Positions 1 through 10,658 of a stretch of 27,516 bases of DNA are shown in pieces. This DNA comes from a virus. Taxonomy: Duplodnaviria; Caudoviricetes. Numbering within the stretch: position 1 is the first letter of the stretch; each line of letters opens with the position of its first letter. A model generated the notes under the pieces. That model ran no database searches, was not told the origin of the DNA, and was given only the letters and a program-made list of their open reading frames with translations. The DNA lies in IMG/VR virus record IMGVR_UViG_3300032181_000503, positions 1 to 27,516 of that record, one strand, 5' to 3'. The position numbers and the translations under genes are program-made.

Positions 1-84
1 GAGAGAAAAAAGAATCGGAAACACAACCCATGTGAGAGAGAGGTGGGACCCCTCTTGGTGCCTCCCCTGCTGACGAGCAGGGGA
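1..84 (+). ncRNA. 3' part of a structured non-coding RNA upstream of tRNA-Asn (possibly manA-motif-like; truncated by window start)
   Basis: Three hairpins: CACA/TGTG (22-34, loop ACCCA), AGAGG/CCTCT (39-55, loop TGGGACC), and a perfect 9-bp TCCCCTGCT/AGCAGGGGA stem (63-84). Loops 1 and 2 are complementary (CCCA/TGGG). The family assignment is from recall that manA RNAs occur in cyanophages next to tRNAs; not verified by a search. Confidence 0.45.
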
Positions 85-93
85 TATTCCCCT

Positions 94-167
94 TCCTCTA
101 TAGCTCAATTAGGCAGAGCGGTTGACTGTTAATCAATAGGTTCCTGGTTCGAGTCCAGGTGGAGGAG
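94..167 (+). tRNA. trnN: tRNA-Asn (anticodon GTT), CCA not encoded
   Basis: Acceptor TCCTCTA(94-100)/TGGAGGA(160-166), discriminator G167; D-arm GCTC..GAGC; anticodon stem GTTGA/TCAAT with loop CTGTTAA (GTT at 128-130); T-arm CCTGG-TTCGAGT-CCAGG. Confidence 0.96.
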
Positions 168-205
168 TTGGCGATACTGCCAAACCAAACCCCTTCCGTG
201 TGCTG

Positions 206-233
206 TAAAACCTCCCTACAAGGGGAGGTTTTA
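206..233 (+). terminator. Intrinsic terminator (possibly bidirectional) ending the tRNA transcript
   Basis: Inverted repeat TAAAACCTCCC(206-216)/GGGAGGTTTTA(223-233) with a 6-nt loop; T-run on the 3' side and A-run on the 5' side. Confidence 0.75.
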
Positions 234-236
234 TTG

Positions 237-244
237 TATAAATA
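237..244 (+). promoter_or_regulatory. T4-type late promoter (gp55-dependent) TATAAATA
   Basis: Exact T4 late consensus, 36 nt before ATG 281 of a structural gene and just after a terminator. Confidence 0.85.
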
Positions 245-280
245 ATCCAGAAGAAATTGTCCAGCAGGATTGGGTTAATT

Positions 281-3200
281 ATGCCTCTTACAAGACTTGA
301 TAACCTTTACTCAAGTAAAACAGGTAAGTATCTATACGTATCGCCAGATGACTTTAATGCGACTGATGAGTTAGACAACCGAGGCAATTCACCTCTCCGT
401 CCATTTAAAACCATCCAGCGTGCTTTCCTTGAAGTAGCACGTTATTCTTATCTGCCTGGTAAGGATAATGACCGTTTTGACCAGTTCAGCATCATGCTGA
501 TGCCTGGTAATCACTTTATTGATAACCGCCCTGGTCTTGTAGATACTGCTAACCCAGAATCCAGATATTTTGACTCTGGTAACCTGATTGAGGCAAACAA
601 GCAGTTGATCATTGATCGTTCTGCTGCTGAAATTTTTGTACAACATCCTGATTTCTTCCACCCTGGTGATAACCAAACTGATGACGGATCGAGATATGCT
701 GATGCATATCGCCTAATTCAACTGAACAGACAAGAAATTATTGATACTTCGTGGACTGAACTTCAAAATGGTCCTACACCTGTAGATGCTGCTTACGAAA
801 CAAAATGTAAGCGTGATATTGGTGAATATATTGATGCTTTGTCTCTTGACATTGCACTTGCTGGTGGTAACAGATATACTCGTAAGTATCTGAAGACCTA
901 TTTCAATGAGGCAGGTACACAATTCATTGAAGATTCTTTAGAAGACGAAACTGCAGAATCCATCGTTGCTTTCAATAAAGCAAGAGATTTGATGATTGAT
1001 GCGTTTCAAAATAATCTCACTATCACTGACGACACCATTACTGCTGATCCAAATGGTGCTCCATTGTGTGCAGATGTTGCGAGTATGCTCGGCACCTTGG
1101 CTGCTATTGTTGAGACCGTTCTGACTGATGGTAACCTCTCTCAACTACCTGCTGAAACTGTTACTGATCACGAAACACCTGGCGAGCAGAAGTGTAAGCG
1201 TGACATCGGATTTGTTGTTGATGGTGTACTTGCTGACATCAGAAACGGTGGTAACAGCAACATCATCTCTGTTGCGAAGACATACTTCGACAGAGAGGGC
1301 AATCCCCTTGCTGACGGTATTGTTGGTGAAGAGGCAGAAAGCATCACCGCTTACAATAAAGCGCGTGACATGATGAAACTGGCAGTCACGAACTCCTTGT
1401 ATGACAAGGATCTGACTATCTCTCCTGGTCCTGCTATTGCAGGTGCTAACACCCCAGACATCGAGTATGGTGCGTCTGGTAACCCTGGTACATGTATTGA
1501 CGTTCAGACTAACATCCAGACTTTGATGACGATCCTGACGGATGTTATCAACGCTGGTAGTCTTTCTGCTCTTGCATCGGTTCAGGTTACAGGTGTTGTT
1601 CCTGTCTTTGACTACAACAGAGCACTTCAAGAGTGGCAGGATGATAGCATCCTTGATCTAGGCAACCCTGATAACGTACTCTACAAGTTCAACTCTACCG
1701 AGGGCGGTTGTATTGTTCCTAGAGGTTGTTCTCTGATCGGTTATGACCTTCGTCGTACTATCATCAGACCTCTGTATGTTCCCGATCCTGTAGATGGCGA
1801 TCAAGAGAGAACTGGTATCTTCAAACTGACTGGTGGTTGTTACCTGTGGCAGTTCACTATCAAGGATGGTGACCTCTCCGAGAACTCCCCACTATATGAT
1901 CAGGCAGACAAGGTGGGTAAGGTTTACTATAAACAGAACTCTACTGATCTAAAGATCCCCGAGTATTCTCACCACAAGATCTGCATCATGACCTATGCAG
2001 GTAATGATGAATTGGATCGCTTCTATGAGAAAGTTGGTAGGGCATTTGCACAGTTCCAACCTACTATCGATGATGGTGAACTAGAAGCATTGGTACAGGA
2101 GACCAGAATTGTTGGTCCTCTATCTGATACTAGAACTGTTGAGCAGATCGAAGTTGTTGATATCCCTGGTACATCAACTTCTAGACTCACTGTCACCACC
2201 AAGATTGAGCACGGATACTTCAAAGGTCAGTACATCGCTGTTATCAATAGTGGTCTATCTGATGAGGTCAACGGAACATTTAAGGTTGAAAACATTGATG
2301 ATAACAACCCTAAAGTCTTTGAATACATTATTCCTATCACCGCTGCTGGTCTAGGATTAGTTTCTGGCACAACTTACACCACTGCTAACGGTCTTGGCAC
2401 CAGTGCAGTGATTCAGGCAGAGATTGACTCTGTTGAGTCTGCATCTCCTTATGTCTTTAACTGCTCCATCAGATCCACCTGGGGTCAGTGTGGTATGTGG
2501 GCAGATGGATCCAAGGCAACTGGATTCAAGTCGATGGTTGTTGCACAGTACACGGGTGTTTCTCTACAGAAAGACGACCGTGCGTTCATCCGCTACGATA
2601 GATTCACTAACACTTGGAATCAAGCATCTCTAACTGATGCTTTCGCTACGATTCCTTATCACACCAAGGGTGATGCATATTGGAAGGATGATTGGAGAAA
2701 CTTCCACATTCGTGCTTCTGATGACTCCTTCATCCAGTGCGTCTCGGTCTTCGCTGTTGGTTTCCACGATCACTTCCTGATGGAAAGTGGTGGTGACATG
2801 TCTATCACCAACTCGAACTCCAACTTCGGTAACACCTCGCTCCACTCTATTGGTTTCAAAGGATTTGCATTCAACCAGGACAAAGGTGGTTACATCGATG
2901 CTATTATTCCTCCCAAGGTTGTTAATACAAATCAGGAAGCAATCAAGAAGAATGCTTACTACACCCTTGACATTGAAGCATCCAACGATGTTGCTAACGA
3001 CACCAAGCTATACCTAGCAGGTGATATCAATGTAGATCCAGCAACACGTCCTGCTGCATCCATCGATGGATACAGAATTGGTGCCAAGCAAGATGATAGA
3101 CTATATGTCAAACTACCTTCTGGTGGTGTAGGTGGTAAGCAAACTTACCATGGTACACTAGAACCATCTGGTATCACTACTTACAGAGCATCTCTGTCTA

Positions 3201-6200
3201 CTCTAACACCTTCTAACCTGAACGTATTGTTCGATCTAGATGGTGATGGTAACGATGACTTTAACAAGGCATATGATGCTGCTAACCTCATCGAGAAGAA
3301 CAGAGACTATCTGGCACAAGAAACTTATGGATATATCACTGATCTCTATCCAGCACTGCTGACTAATCAGTCTCTGACTATCACCAAGTGTGAAAGAGAC
3401 ATCGGATTTATCACTGATGCAGTCGTAAAAGACCTTCGCGTTGGTGGTAACATTAACACTGTATATGCTGCAGAGTCTTACATCTCTGGTGGTAACGTAT
3501 CCTATGTTGATGGAGAACTTACCGAGACTCTGATTGCTTATGACTATCTGAAGAGATTGATCTTCGGTGTAATCCGTAATGGCACACTGCTAATCAAGAA
3601 CTGCACCACGTCTACCAGCAGCACCAACGTTATTGTTGGCGACACTTCTGGTCTTGTACCTGGTATGCAGGTCAATGAGTATGCTGAATCTGACTTCACC
3701 AATGGTCTTCTAAACGAAGGTGCTGTTCCTCTGGGCACTAACTTGCTCGGTGGTAGTCCACTAATTATTGGTCAGATTGTTAATGCGACCACAATCGTGT
3801 TGACTGATCCTAACACTGGTCAGACATATCAACCACAGCAAGATAGCACAACTGCATGGTTGTACTTCGAGAATTCTAATATCTACTCTGGTGCTCAAAG
3901 AGTCATTGACCTCTCGATCACTCAAGACGATACATATCCCGAGTGTACTAACATTGCGTCCGCGATCGAAGGATACTTCGATGTTGTGAATCTGGTCCTC
4001 AATGGCAATGCTAATCAGGTAACTAGAGTTGAACCTATCATTGAGTCTTCGGCTCTGATTGGTAGAGCAACTGTATTCACGATTGATACTGGTCTAGGAC
4101 AGACCGACCCTCATGGATTCCAAACTGGAACCCCTGTAAGACTTGTTCCAAGAGCAACTAATGCTGGCGTTGATAAGCGCCTAGTCAGACTACCTCGTGG
4201 TTTTGAGACTAACAGACCATACTATGTAATCGCTCCTGGCAGAGATACATATCCAAATTCGTTTAATAATACTTCAGAGTTCGATAATACTGCAGGCACC
4301 AAGTTGATGCTTGCTGCTACTAAAGAAAACGCTGCTGCTGGTATTTACATTTACTCTTCAGAAACGGAGAGCATGAGCCCAGATGTTGAACTACTAGTCC
4401 AACAACAGGTTCTTGACGAAAGTTATGATCTGCACAGATATGTTTGTAATGTCTCTGGTATTTACATCGAAACGGATATTCCACACGTATTCGACGTTCC
4501 TGTACCAAATGTCCCTGCACAAACAATTTTCTTCGCTACATCTGGCGATGCAAGTTCTCAACTCCCAACTATTTCGGGCGCTGGCGACGTGGCAACAGAT
4601 GTGTATTACTACCCACGTTTTATCACCAAAACGAAGTTTAGTGTTCATACCACACAAGCGGATGCTCAAGCTGGCACAAATGCTGTCATATTTACTTCAG
4701 GTAGCGGAAGCGACTTTATCGTCTATGGCAATAAAAAGACTTCCCCCCTCAAGTACGACCCAGTTGACTTCCAAAGATGGTACTTGAATGTCAAACCTGA
4801 ATCTGCAGGTGGTCTTGATCCTAATGCTATCCTCACTAGATTCCACCAGTCCGACTTTGTAGATGGAACTGGTAACCTGTTTACCCCAGATACTTGGTAC
4901 GAAAGAATTCTGGATGAAAGACCTGCTCTCGACAGAATCTATCGTTTGCGTTATGTTCTGCCACAATATCTGCAGACAGTTCGTGAACCTCTCAATGGTT
5001 ATGTCATTAAGACAAGAACTGACGACAGAAGACGCCTGAAGCCACAGAAGTTCTACCTAGAACCCTTCAGCAACGGCGCTCCAGACGTTGCACAGTTCTT
5101 TAACCCTGCTCGTGCTGGTGAGCAGCTGGGTCTCTCCCTGGCGGACCTAGATGCCGCTAACGTCGATGTTAGTGGTGGATTCTATGATCCATACGAAAAT
5201 CCTCTACAGATCGAGTTTGAGTCCAAGATTGCAACTACTATCCAGTCTGCTAGAACCATTGAGGTTGATCCTCAAGGTACAGGAACCCTGGTGGATAGAC
5301 TTGAGTTGACTGTATTTGATCATACGATCATCAACCAGCAACTGAAGAATGAAATCTTCACTGTTATTGAGATTGGAACTCCACAGGGTGCAGGTATTCA
5401 AACCAGCATCTACAACAGCGATGACTCCAACTATGTTAGCTGGACTGGTTACTGCTCTGGATCTGCTTATGTTCACGCATACTATCAGGCAGATGCTACT
5501 GCGTTTGTAATCCTTAAGAACATCACTGGAAAACTAGACTACTCTGGTAACAGTGCCACTACATTTGTTCAGAACAACGGTACGTTCTTCAACCTTTCTG
5601 GATATCCTGATGCATATCCAACAACACTCTCTAGATCTAATAGAAAGAACTATCTCTATAGAATCGAGGGCGCTAATGTCTACACCGTAGTACCTGGTGA
5701 TAAGATTACTACACCTGGTGGCGACACATACACTGTCACTACACTAGAGGATGTACCTGAAATTGATGATACCTTCTACATCTTTGATGTTGAGACTATC
5801 CAAGAGCAGATTCCTCTACAGCAAGATGGTATCTACTATCTGACATGTGTCCGTGGTAACATCTCTCCATATCCTCTGGGTGCTGGTGTTGGAACTAACT
5901 TCCACTACTACAGGTTCTCCCAACCTATTTCTAACCTGTATCCTCTAGACTACAAGAATGACCCACTGTGGTTCCAGATCAATGTTGACACTGGATCTAG
6001 AGATGCAACGGTTCTTGATCCCCCAGCATCTGCTGCGGCTGCTGACAACTACGTTCACGGTCTTGTTACTCTTAACGACTACAAGTTCAGTGAAACGAAG
6101 GAAGCGATCGTTGATTTGACTAGAACGCTACCTTTCTCTGGTTTTGATTATACCAATACCACAAGCGATCTGAACAGTGTGATTCTGGATAACAGAATTC

Positions 6201-9200
6201 AAGCACAAGAAGGTAACGCATCTGTAGGTTCCGAGAACAGACAGATTCCTATCTCTGGTGACTCTGTATATCCTCTAGACAGAAGATTCTACACTGAACT
6301 GCGTCGTCCTTCGATTGCAAGATCTGGTAACCATACGTTTGAATACCTTGGTTTCGGTCCTGGTAACTACTCAACTGGTTTCCCACTGCGTCAGGAAGTC
6401 GTTCTATCTGATAAGCAGGACTTCTACGCACAAGCGAAGCGTGAGGACGCTGGTATCGTCTTCTACACGGGTCTAAACTCCAACGGTGACCTCTATATTG
6501 GTAACCGTAAGATCAACGCTATTACAGGCGAAGAGACGTTCCTTGAGCAGGCAGTTCTTGAGGACAGTGGTGACGACGATGAAGGAATCGGCGCACTCGT
6601 CACTACCTTCGATACAGCAGTTACCTTCAATGACAAGGTAACCATCGAGGGTGACACCTTCCTGAACAATCCTGTTACTATCAACGTCGATCCTCTAGAA
6701 GGTGATGCACTTCGCATCCTGTCTCTGGTTGACACTGGTGACGATCCTACACAAGATAGATCCTCCTTCAGAGACACTAGAGATGGTGATGTTATTATCA
6801 CCAAGAACCAGGTTGATGCTGCAGTTTATAAGTTTAACCCACGCGGTAACGTAAACGATCCTGGTCAAGGTTACAGCTGGAGAACTCACTACACTGGTGG
6901 TCTTCCTTCTAACACTTCTCCTGACAACACTGGTCTTCTGGCTGATGGTCAAGGTGGCACTGCCTTCTACACCCTACAGAACATCAGTTATGGTTCTTCT
7001 ATCCTACCTTCTTCTGGTGATGTACTCTACAAGGGTCTAGAGGTTGGTAGTAGTGGTTCGATGGGTTGGGTCTACTCCAACTTCTTTACCGAACTGGCTG
7101 ACAACCAAATCTTCACTATTGCATCTAACAATACTTCAGAACTTACAATTACCTGGGCTGCTGGTCTGGATAACGCTGGTCTGGGTATTAGAGTTGGTGA
7201 GAAACTACGCATCTCCAACTTCAGTAACTCCTTCTTCAATGGTTCTTGGGCAGTTCTTGCTGGTGGATTCTCTTCTTCTGGTAACACCTGTAAGATCAGA
7301 ATTTTCAATGAGATTGCACAGAACGTCTACACCTGGGCTGATGAAGGTCCTGGTGCGAAGATGGAAATCTCCAAGTCCAGATGGAAGGAGACTGGCGTCA
7401 TTGGTGCTGAAACACTTCGCACGAGAACTGAAGTACCTGGTGATTACAGACTGGGTATCAACACTGTCGGCAGAATGGCGAAGGAAGGTGTACTCACCGC
7501 CTCTGTAACTGCTGAAACGGATCCAAGATCTAACTTGGATGTTGTTGGTAACGCATTTATCAGTGGTAAGGCTCTCGTAACTTATGACGGTGTTGGTGCA
7601 GTAACTGCAAACAACTACCTAGCAGAACCTTCTGTCGGTAAGACATACTTTGCACTCACTAACGCATTCTTGGTTGGTGGTGATAGTGCTGATCCTGATG
7701 ACTTTGCTACACTTCGTGTTGCAACTTCTGATCTGGCAGTTGCTGATCAATCTTCTACCTACAGAACAGGTGGTCGCGTTGGTGTTAACACCAGTATCGG
7801 TCTAGATGCATCTACCGAACTCGATAGAAACTTCGTTGTAATCGGTGACTCTAGATTCTCTGGTAACATCACTGCACAGGATGACTTGAGTGTTGACGGT
7901 GGAGACATCAACTCTACTGCCGAAACATTCAGATTCCTGACCGAGAACGTTGACTTCCTGATTGCTGCTAGTGACGCAGAATCGTTCAACATCGGTAACA
8001 ACACCACTAGTGACCAGCTTATCAACATCGGTAACAATGTTTCTGATACTTCTTCTCATACCTTGAGAATTGGTGCTAACGCTGGTGTAACTACCTTTGA
8101 GGTACATAAGCGTTCTACTAACGCATTTGTTGACATTGCATCGGTAGAAGATGTAGTAGGTGCTGCTTGCTCTATCAAGATTGGTGGTGCTGCTCCTAAC
8201 CTGAACTCTCAAACTCTGATCGGTACATATCAGACCAAACTGAATGGTACTCTGGAAGTTGGTGCTTTTGCTGGCACATCCACAACCAGAATCTTCACCA
8301 CCGCAGCAACATTGAACGTTGGTGATGGTCAGAACACTACGAGAGTTACCCTCGGTGCTAACTCTTCTACAGTTGATATTGCAGCACTTGGTGGTCGCAC
8401 AACGATTAGAAACTCTCTACTTGTACAAGGTAGCACCACATCTAACTCTACCATCAAACTATCTGGTGGTCTAAATGCTGGTATTATTGAGATTGAGAGA
8501 TCAAGATTTGGCACTACTCCATCGGAGCACATTGTTGGATCTCTTGACAATCCTAACATCACGTTCCTCAAGTACATCCAACTTGGCAGACAAATTGATA
8601 CTGCTGGTGTTGGACCTTGGGGTGGTGATCAGTATCTCCTATCTGGTGGTCAGATTGCTGCAATCGACAACATCACTCCAGAGCAAAGTGCTACATGGGT
8701 TGCTAACGAAACCTATTCGTTCATCCAACCAACTGGTGGTACAGGTAGCGGTGCTCTGTTCACTGTTCAGGTTCTATCTGACGGAACAGCAGACATCACT
8801 CTAGTATCTCCTGGTTCTGGTTACTCTGACAACGATCTGTTGACCATTGAGGCATCGAAACTAGGTAACTCCAACGGTGCTGACCTATCCTTCAGAGTTA
8901 ATGGAACTAATGATTCTGGTAACGTATACTTGCTACCAATCACCAGACCTTCTGTCAATGACTTCCAGATCGGTGATCTACTGTTTATCGAAAGAGACAC
9001 AGCAGTAGATGGACAGGACACAAACATTTCTCCTGTTGGTGAAGAGTACAGCGAACTCCTTGAGGTTGCTGGTCTAACTAACATCTCCGACCCTGCTGAT
9101 CCTCTCGGTTTCAGAATTCTGGTTACTCGTGCTAAAGATGGCACAACTGCTAGAACTGATCACCCAGATAATGCAATCATCTCCAAGTTTGACAAGCAGA

Positions 9201-10654
9201 TCAATGCTTCGTTCATCACTGGATTTGACTTTGATAATAGCGGAACTCTAGATCCTACATCTAGTGTTACGATCAATGATAGTTCTATCTTGACGATTGT
9301 TGCTGATGGCACTGATATTGTTACAGTCAACTGGAACAGTGAAACTAACGATAGTGTTGGTGCTGATTACGGTGAGTTTATTACAATCGCTGGCACGAAC
9401 ATTGTTGGTCTGAATGGTACGTGGCCAATTCAAGGTGGCATCACTGGAACTGCTTCTTCTCTTCAAATCAAGACAAGTCAGTATGTTTCCACAGGAACTT
9501 ACATCTGGTCTGATCAGGTAGCAGCTGCTGAACTTAAGATCAACAGCGGCGCTGGTCTCCTCGCAGATAGTGTTGATGTTAGAATCGGTGTTGCAGAATT
9601 TGGTGGTGTTCTAACCACCAGTGATTACCTGCTCCTATCTGATTCTGAAATCGTCAAGGTTTCTGAATTGGTATCTACCGATATTCAGTCCCTGGTTGTT
9701 ACAGACGGTGGTGATCCTGAAGTTGAGGTATTCAAGGTTGAGTCTACAACTGGTAACACATTTGTAGGCAACACGCTATCGGTCGGACAAGGATTTAACA
9801 AGTTCGTTGTTGATGGTGGAACTGGTGATACCGTAACTCAAGGTAAACTAACCACTAATGATTCTCTGACGGTAAGAGGATCTGTTGTAGAACTGACCCA
9901 GTTCTTCACTCTAACTAACGGTGGATCCCAGAACATCGCTGAAAGAAACACGCTCCGTGTTGACACCGCAACTGGTGATCTTGAGATCTATGGCGGTGAC
10001 TTCAATATCTTTGGACCTGATGGCACTACACCACGTCTTCAGTTCAGCAATTCTTCGGGTGACTTTACTACCTACGGTTCGTTCTCTGCTCTAGGAACAG
10101 GAACATCAACATTCGGTGGTAGCATTGTTGCTGGTGGTGATCTGACTCTCAATGGTGGTGATCTAACAGTCAACTCTGATGGCAATAAGATCTTCTCGGT
10201 TGAGAATGATGGTGCTGTCAATATCGCTGGCATTAGCAACTACTTCTCACAAACTGGTGGACGTAAGTGGGAGTACAGCGACAACTTTGTAGTTGAGGCA
10301 GAAGCAAACGTTAACTACTTCCTCAATGTTACTCAAAATACCGTTGTTAAACTACCTACAAACGCTCTAATCGGTGACATGATTCGCATCGTGGACATCG
10401 GTGGTCTTCTAACTTATAACCTCACGCTGGTTGTAAGAGCACCATCTACGATTAGAGTACAAAATGCAACCGACAACACAGGAACCACTCTATTGACAGG
10501 TAATACTGCTGACCTAAATGGTTATGATGGTGGTGAACTAGTTGTTCAAACACCTAACGCTGGATTCGCACTAGTATTCGCTGGTACATCTACTCCAGAC
10601 GGTAACACTGCAGTTCCAACAGGAAAAGACGGATGGTTCTTAATCGAGGTCTGA
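281..10654 (+). CDS. Giant virion structural / tail-fibre-like protein (~3,457 aa)
   Basis: Long ORF. The start is more likely ATG 281 (MPLTRLDNL..., typical of giant cyanomyovirus structural proteins) than TTG 257. N-terminal 'LYVSPDD..ATD..DNRGNS..RPFKTIQRA' motif, three KCxRDIG helical repeats, a probable beta-helix segment (SPYVFNCS..GGDMSITNSNSNFG), G/T/S-rich beta repeats, and a C-terminal 'KLP..ALIGDMIRIVDIGG...GW' domain typical of fibre/baseplate attachment. Late promoter upstream. Confidence 0.85.
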   Translation: MPLTRLDNLYSSKTGKYLYVSPDDFNATDELDNRGNSPLRPFKTIQRAFLEVARYSYLPGKDNDRFDQFSIMLMPGNHFIDNRPGLVDTANPESRYFDSGNLIEANKQLIIDRSAAEIFVQHPDFFHPGDNQTDDGSRYADAYRLIQLNRQEIIDTSWTELQNGPTPVDAAYETKCKRDIGEYIDALSLDIALAGGNRYTRKYLKTYFNEAGTQFIEDSLEDETAESIVAFNKARDLMIDAFQNNLTITDDTITADPNGAPLCADVASMLGTLAAIVETVLTDGNLSQLPAETVTDHETPGEQKCKRDIGFVVDGVLADIRNGGNSNIISVAKTYFDREGNPLADGIVGEEAESITAYNKARDMMKLAVTNSLYDKDLTISPGPAIAGANTPDIEYGASGNPGTCIDVQTNIQTLMTILTDVINAGSLSALASVQVTGVVPVFDYNRALQEWQDDSILDLGNPDNVLYKFNSTEGGCIVPRGCSLIGYDLRRTIIRPLYVPDPVDGDQERTGIFKLTGGCYLWQFTIKDGDLSENSPLYDQADKVGKVYYKQNSTDLKIPEYSHHKICIMTYAGNDELDRFYEKVGRAFAQFQPTIDDGELEALVQETRIVGPLSDTRTVEQIEVVDIPGTSTSRLTVTTKIEHGYFKGQYIAVINSGLSDEVNGTFKVENIDDNNPKVFEYIIPITAAGLGLVSGTTYTTANGLGTSAVIQAEIDSVESASPYVFNCSIRSTWGQCGMWADGSKATGFKSMVVAQYTGVSLQKDDRAFIRYDRFTNTWNQASLTDAFATIPYHTKGDAYWKDDWRNFHIRASDDSFIQCVSVFAVGFHDHFLMESGGDMSITNSNSNFGNTSLHSIGFKGFAFNQDKGGYIDAIIPPKVVNTNQEAIKKNAYYTLDIEASNDVANDTKLYLAGDINVDPATRPAASIDGYRIGAKQDDRLYVKLPSGGVGGKQTYHGTLEPSGITTYRASLSTLTPSNLNVLFDLDGDGNDDFNKAYDAANLIEKNRDYLAQETYGYITDLYPALLTNQSLTITKCERDIGFITDAVVKDLRVGGNINTVYAAESYISGGNVSYVDGELTETLIAYDYLKRLIFGVIRNGTLLIKNCTTSTSSTNVIVGDTSGLVPGMQVNEYAESDFTNGLLNEGAVPLGTNLLGGSPLIIGQIVNATTIVLTDPNTGQTYQPQQDSTTAWLYFENSNIYSGAQRVIDLSITQDDTYPECTNIASAIEGYFDVVNLVLNGNANQVTRVEPIIESSALIGRATVFTIDTGLGQTDPHGFQTGTPVRLVPRATNAGVDKRLVRLPRGFETNRPYYVIAPGRDTYPNSFNNTSEFDNTAGTKLMLAATKENAAAGIYIYSSETESMSPDVELLVQQQVLDESYDLHRYVCNVSGIYIETDIPHVFDVPVPNVPAQTIFFATSGDASSQLPTISGAGDVATDVYYYPRFITKTKFSVHTTQADAQAGTNAVIFTSGSGSDFIVYGNKKTSPLKYDPVDFQRWYLNVKPESAGGLDPNAILTRFHQSDFVDGTGNLFTPDTWYERILDERPALDRIYRLRYVLPQYLQTVREPLNGYVIKTRTDDRRRLKPQKFYLEPFSNGAPDVAQFFNPARAGEQLGLSLADLDAANVDVSGGFYDPYENPLQIEFESKIATTIQSARTIEVDPQGTGTLVDRLELTVFDHTIINQQLKNEIFTVIEIGTPQGAGIQTSIYNSDDSNYVSWTGYCSGSAYVHAYYQADATAFVILKNITGKLDYSGNSATTFVQNNGTFFNLSGYPDAYPTTLSRSNRKNYLYRIEGANVYTVVPGDKITTPGGDTYTVTTLEDVPEIDDTFYIFDVETIQEQIPLQQDGIYYLTCVRGNISPYPLGAGVGTNFHYYRFSQPISNLYPLDYKNDPLWFQINVDTGSRDATVLDPPASAAAADNYVHGLVTLNDYKFSETKEAIVDLTRTLPFSGFDYTNTTSDLNSVILDNRIQAQEGNASVGSENRQIPISGDSVYPLDRRFYTELRRPSIARSGNHTFEYLGFGPGNYSTGFPLRQEVVLSDKQDFYAQAKREDAGIVFYTGLNSNGDLYIGNRKINAITGEETFLEQAVLEDSGDDDEGIGALVTTFDTAVTFNDKVTIEGDTFLNNPVTINVDPLEGDALRILSLVDTGDDPTQDRSSFRDTRDGDVIITKNQVDAAVYKFNPRGNVNDPGQGYSWRTHYTGGLPSNTSPDNTGLLADGQGGTAFYTLQNISYGSSILPSSGDVLYKGLEVGSSGSMGWVYSNFFTELADNQIFTIASNNTSELTITWAAGLDNAGLGIRVGEKLRISNFSNSFFNGSWAVLAGGFSSSGNTCKIRIFNEIAQNVYTWADEGPGAKMEISKSRWKETGVIGAETLRTRTEVPGDYRLGINTVGRMAKEGVLTASVTAETDPRSNLDVVGNAFISGKALVTYDGVGAVTANNYLAEPSVGKTYFALTNAFLVGGDSADPDDFATLRVATSDLAVADQSSTYRTGGRVGVNTSIGLDASTELDRNFVVIGDSRFSGNITAQDDLSVDGGDINSTAETFRFLTENVDFLIAASDAESFNIGNNTTSDQLINIGNNVSDTSSHTLRIGANAGVTTFEVHKRSTNAFVDIASVEDVVGAACSIKIGGAAPNLNSQTLIGTYQTKLNGTLEVGAFAGTSTTRIFTTAATLNVGDGQNTTRVTLGANSSTVDIAALGGRTTIRNSLLVQGSTTSNSTIKLSGGLNAGIIEIERSRFGTTPSEHIVGSLDNPNITFLKYIQLGRQIDTAGVGPWGGDQYLLSGGQIAAIDNITPEQSATWVANETYSFIQPTGGTGSGALFTVQVLSDGTADITLVSPGSGYSDNDLLTIEASKLGNSNGADLSFRVNGTNDSGNVYLLPITRPSVNDFQIGDLLFIERDTAVDGQDTNISPVGEEYSELLEVAGLTNISDPADPLGFRILVTRAKDGTTARTDHPDNAIISKFDKQINASFITGFDFDNSGTLDPTSSVTINDSSILTIVADGTDIVTVNWNSETNDSVGADYGEFITIAGTNIVGLNGTWPIQGGITGTASSLQIKTSQYVSTGTYIWSDQVAAAELKINSGAGLLADSVDVRIGVAEFGGVLTTSDYLLLSDSEIVKVSELVSTDIQSLVVTDGGDPEVEVFKVESTTGNTFVGNTLSVGQGFNKFVVDGGTGDTVTQGKLTTNDSLTVRGSVVELTQFFTLTNGGSQNIAERNTLRVDTATGDLEIYGGDFNIFGPDGTTPRLQFSNSSGDFTTYGSFSALGTGTSTFGGSIVAGGDLTLNGGDLTVNSDGNKIFSVENDGAVNIAGISNYFSQTGGRKWEYSDNFVVEAEANVNYFLNVTQNTVVKLPTNALIGDMIRIVDIGGLLTYNLTLVVRAPSTIRVQNATDNTGTTLLTGNTADLNGYDGGELVVQTPNAGFALVFAGTSTPDGNTAVPTGKDGWFLIEV

Positions 10655-10658
10655 TTTA

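Noticed and set aside
168-183. Small hairpin TTGGC-GATACT-GCCAA right after the tRNA
   Set aside because: Only 5 bp and no U-tract; it may be a processing signal but is too weak to call.
257-280. TTG 257 as the start of the giant protein
   Set aside because: It lies only 12 nt after the late promoter, and ATG 281 gives the typical MPLTRLDN N-terminus.
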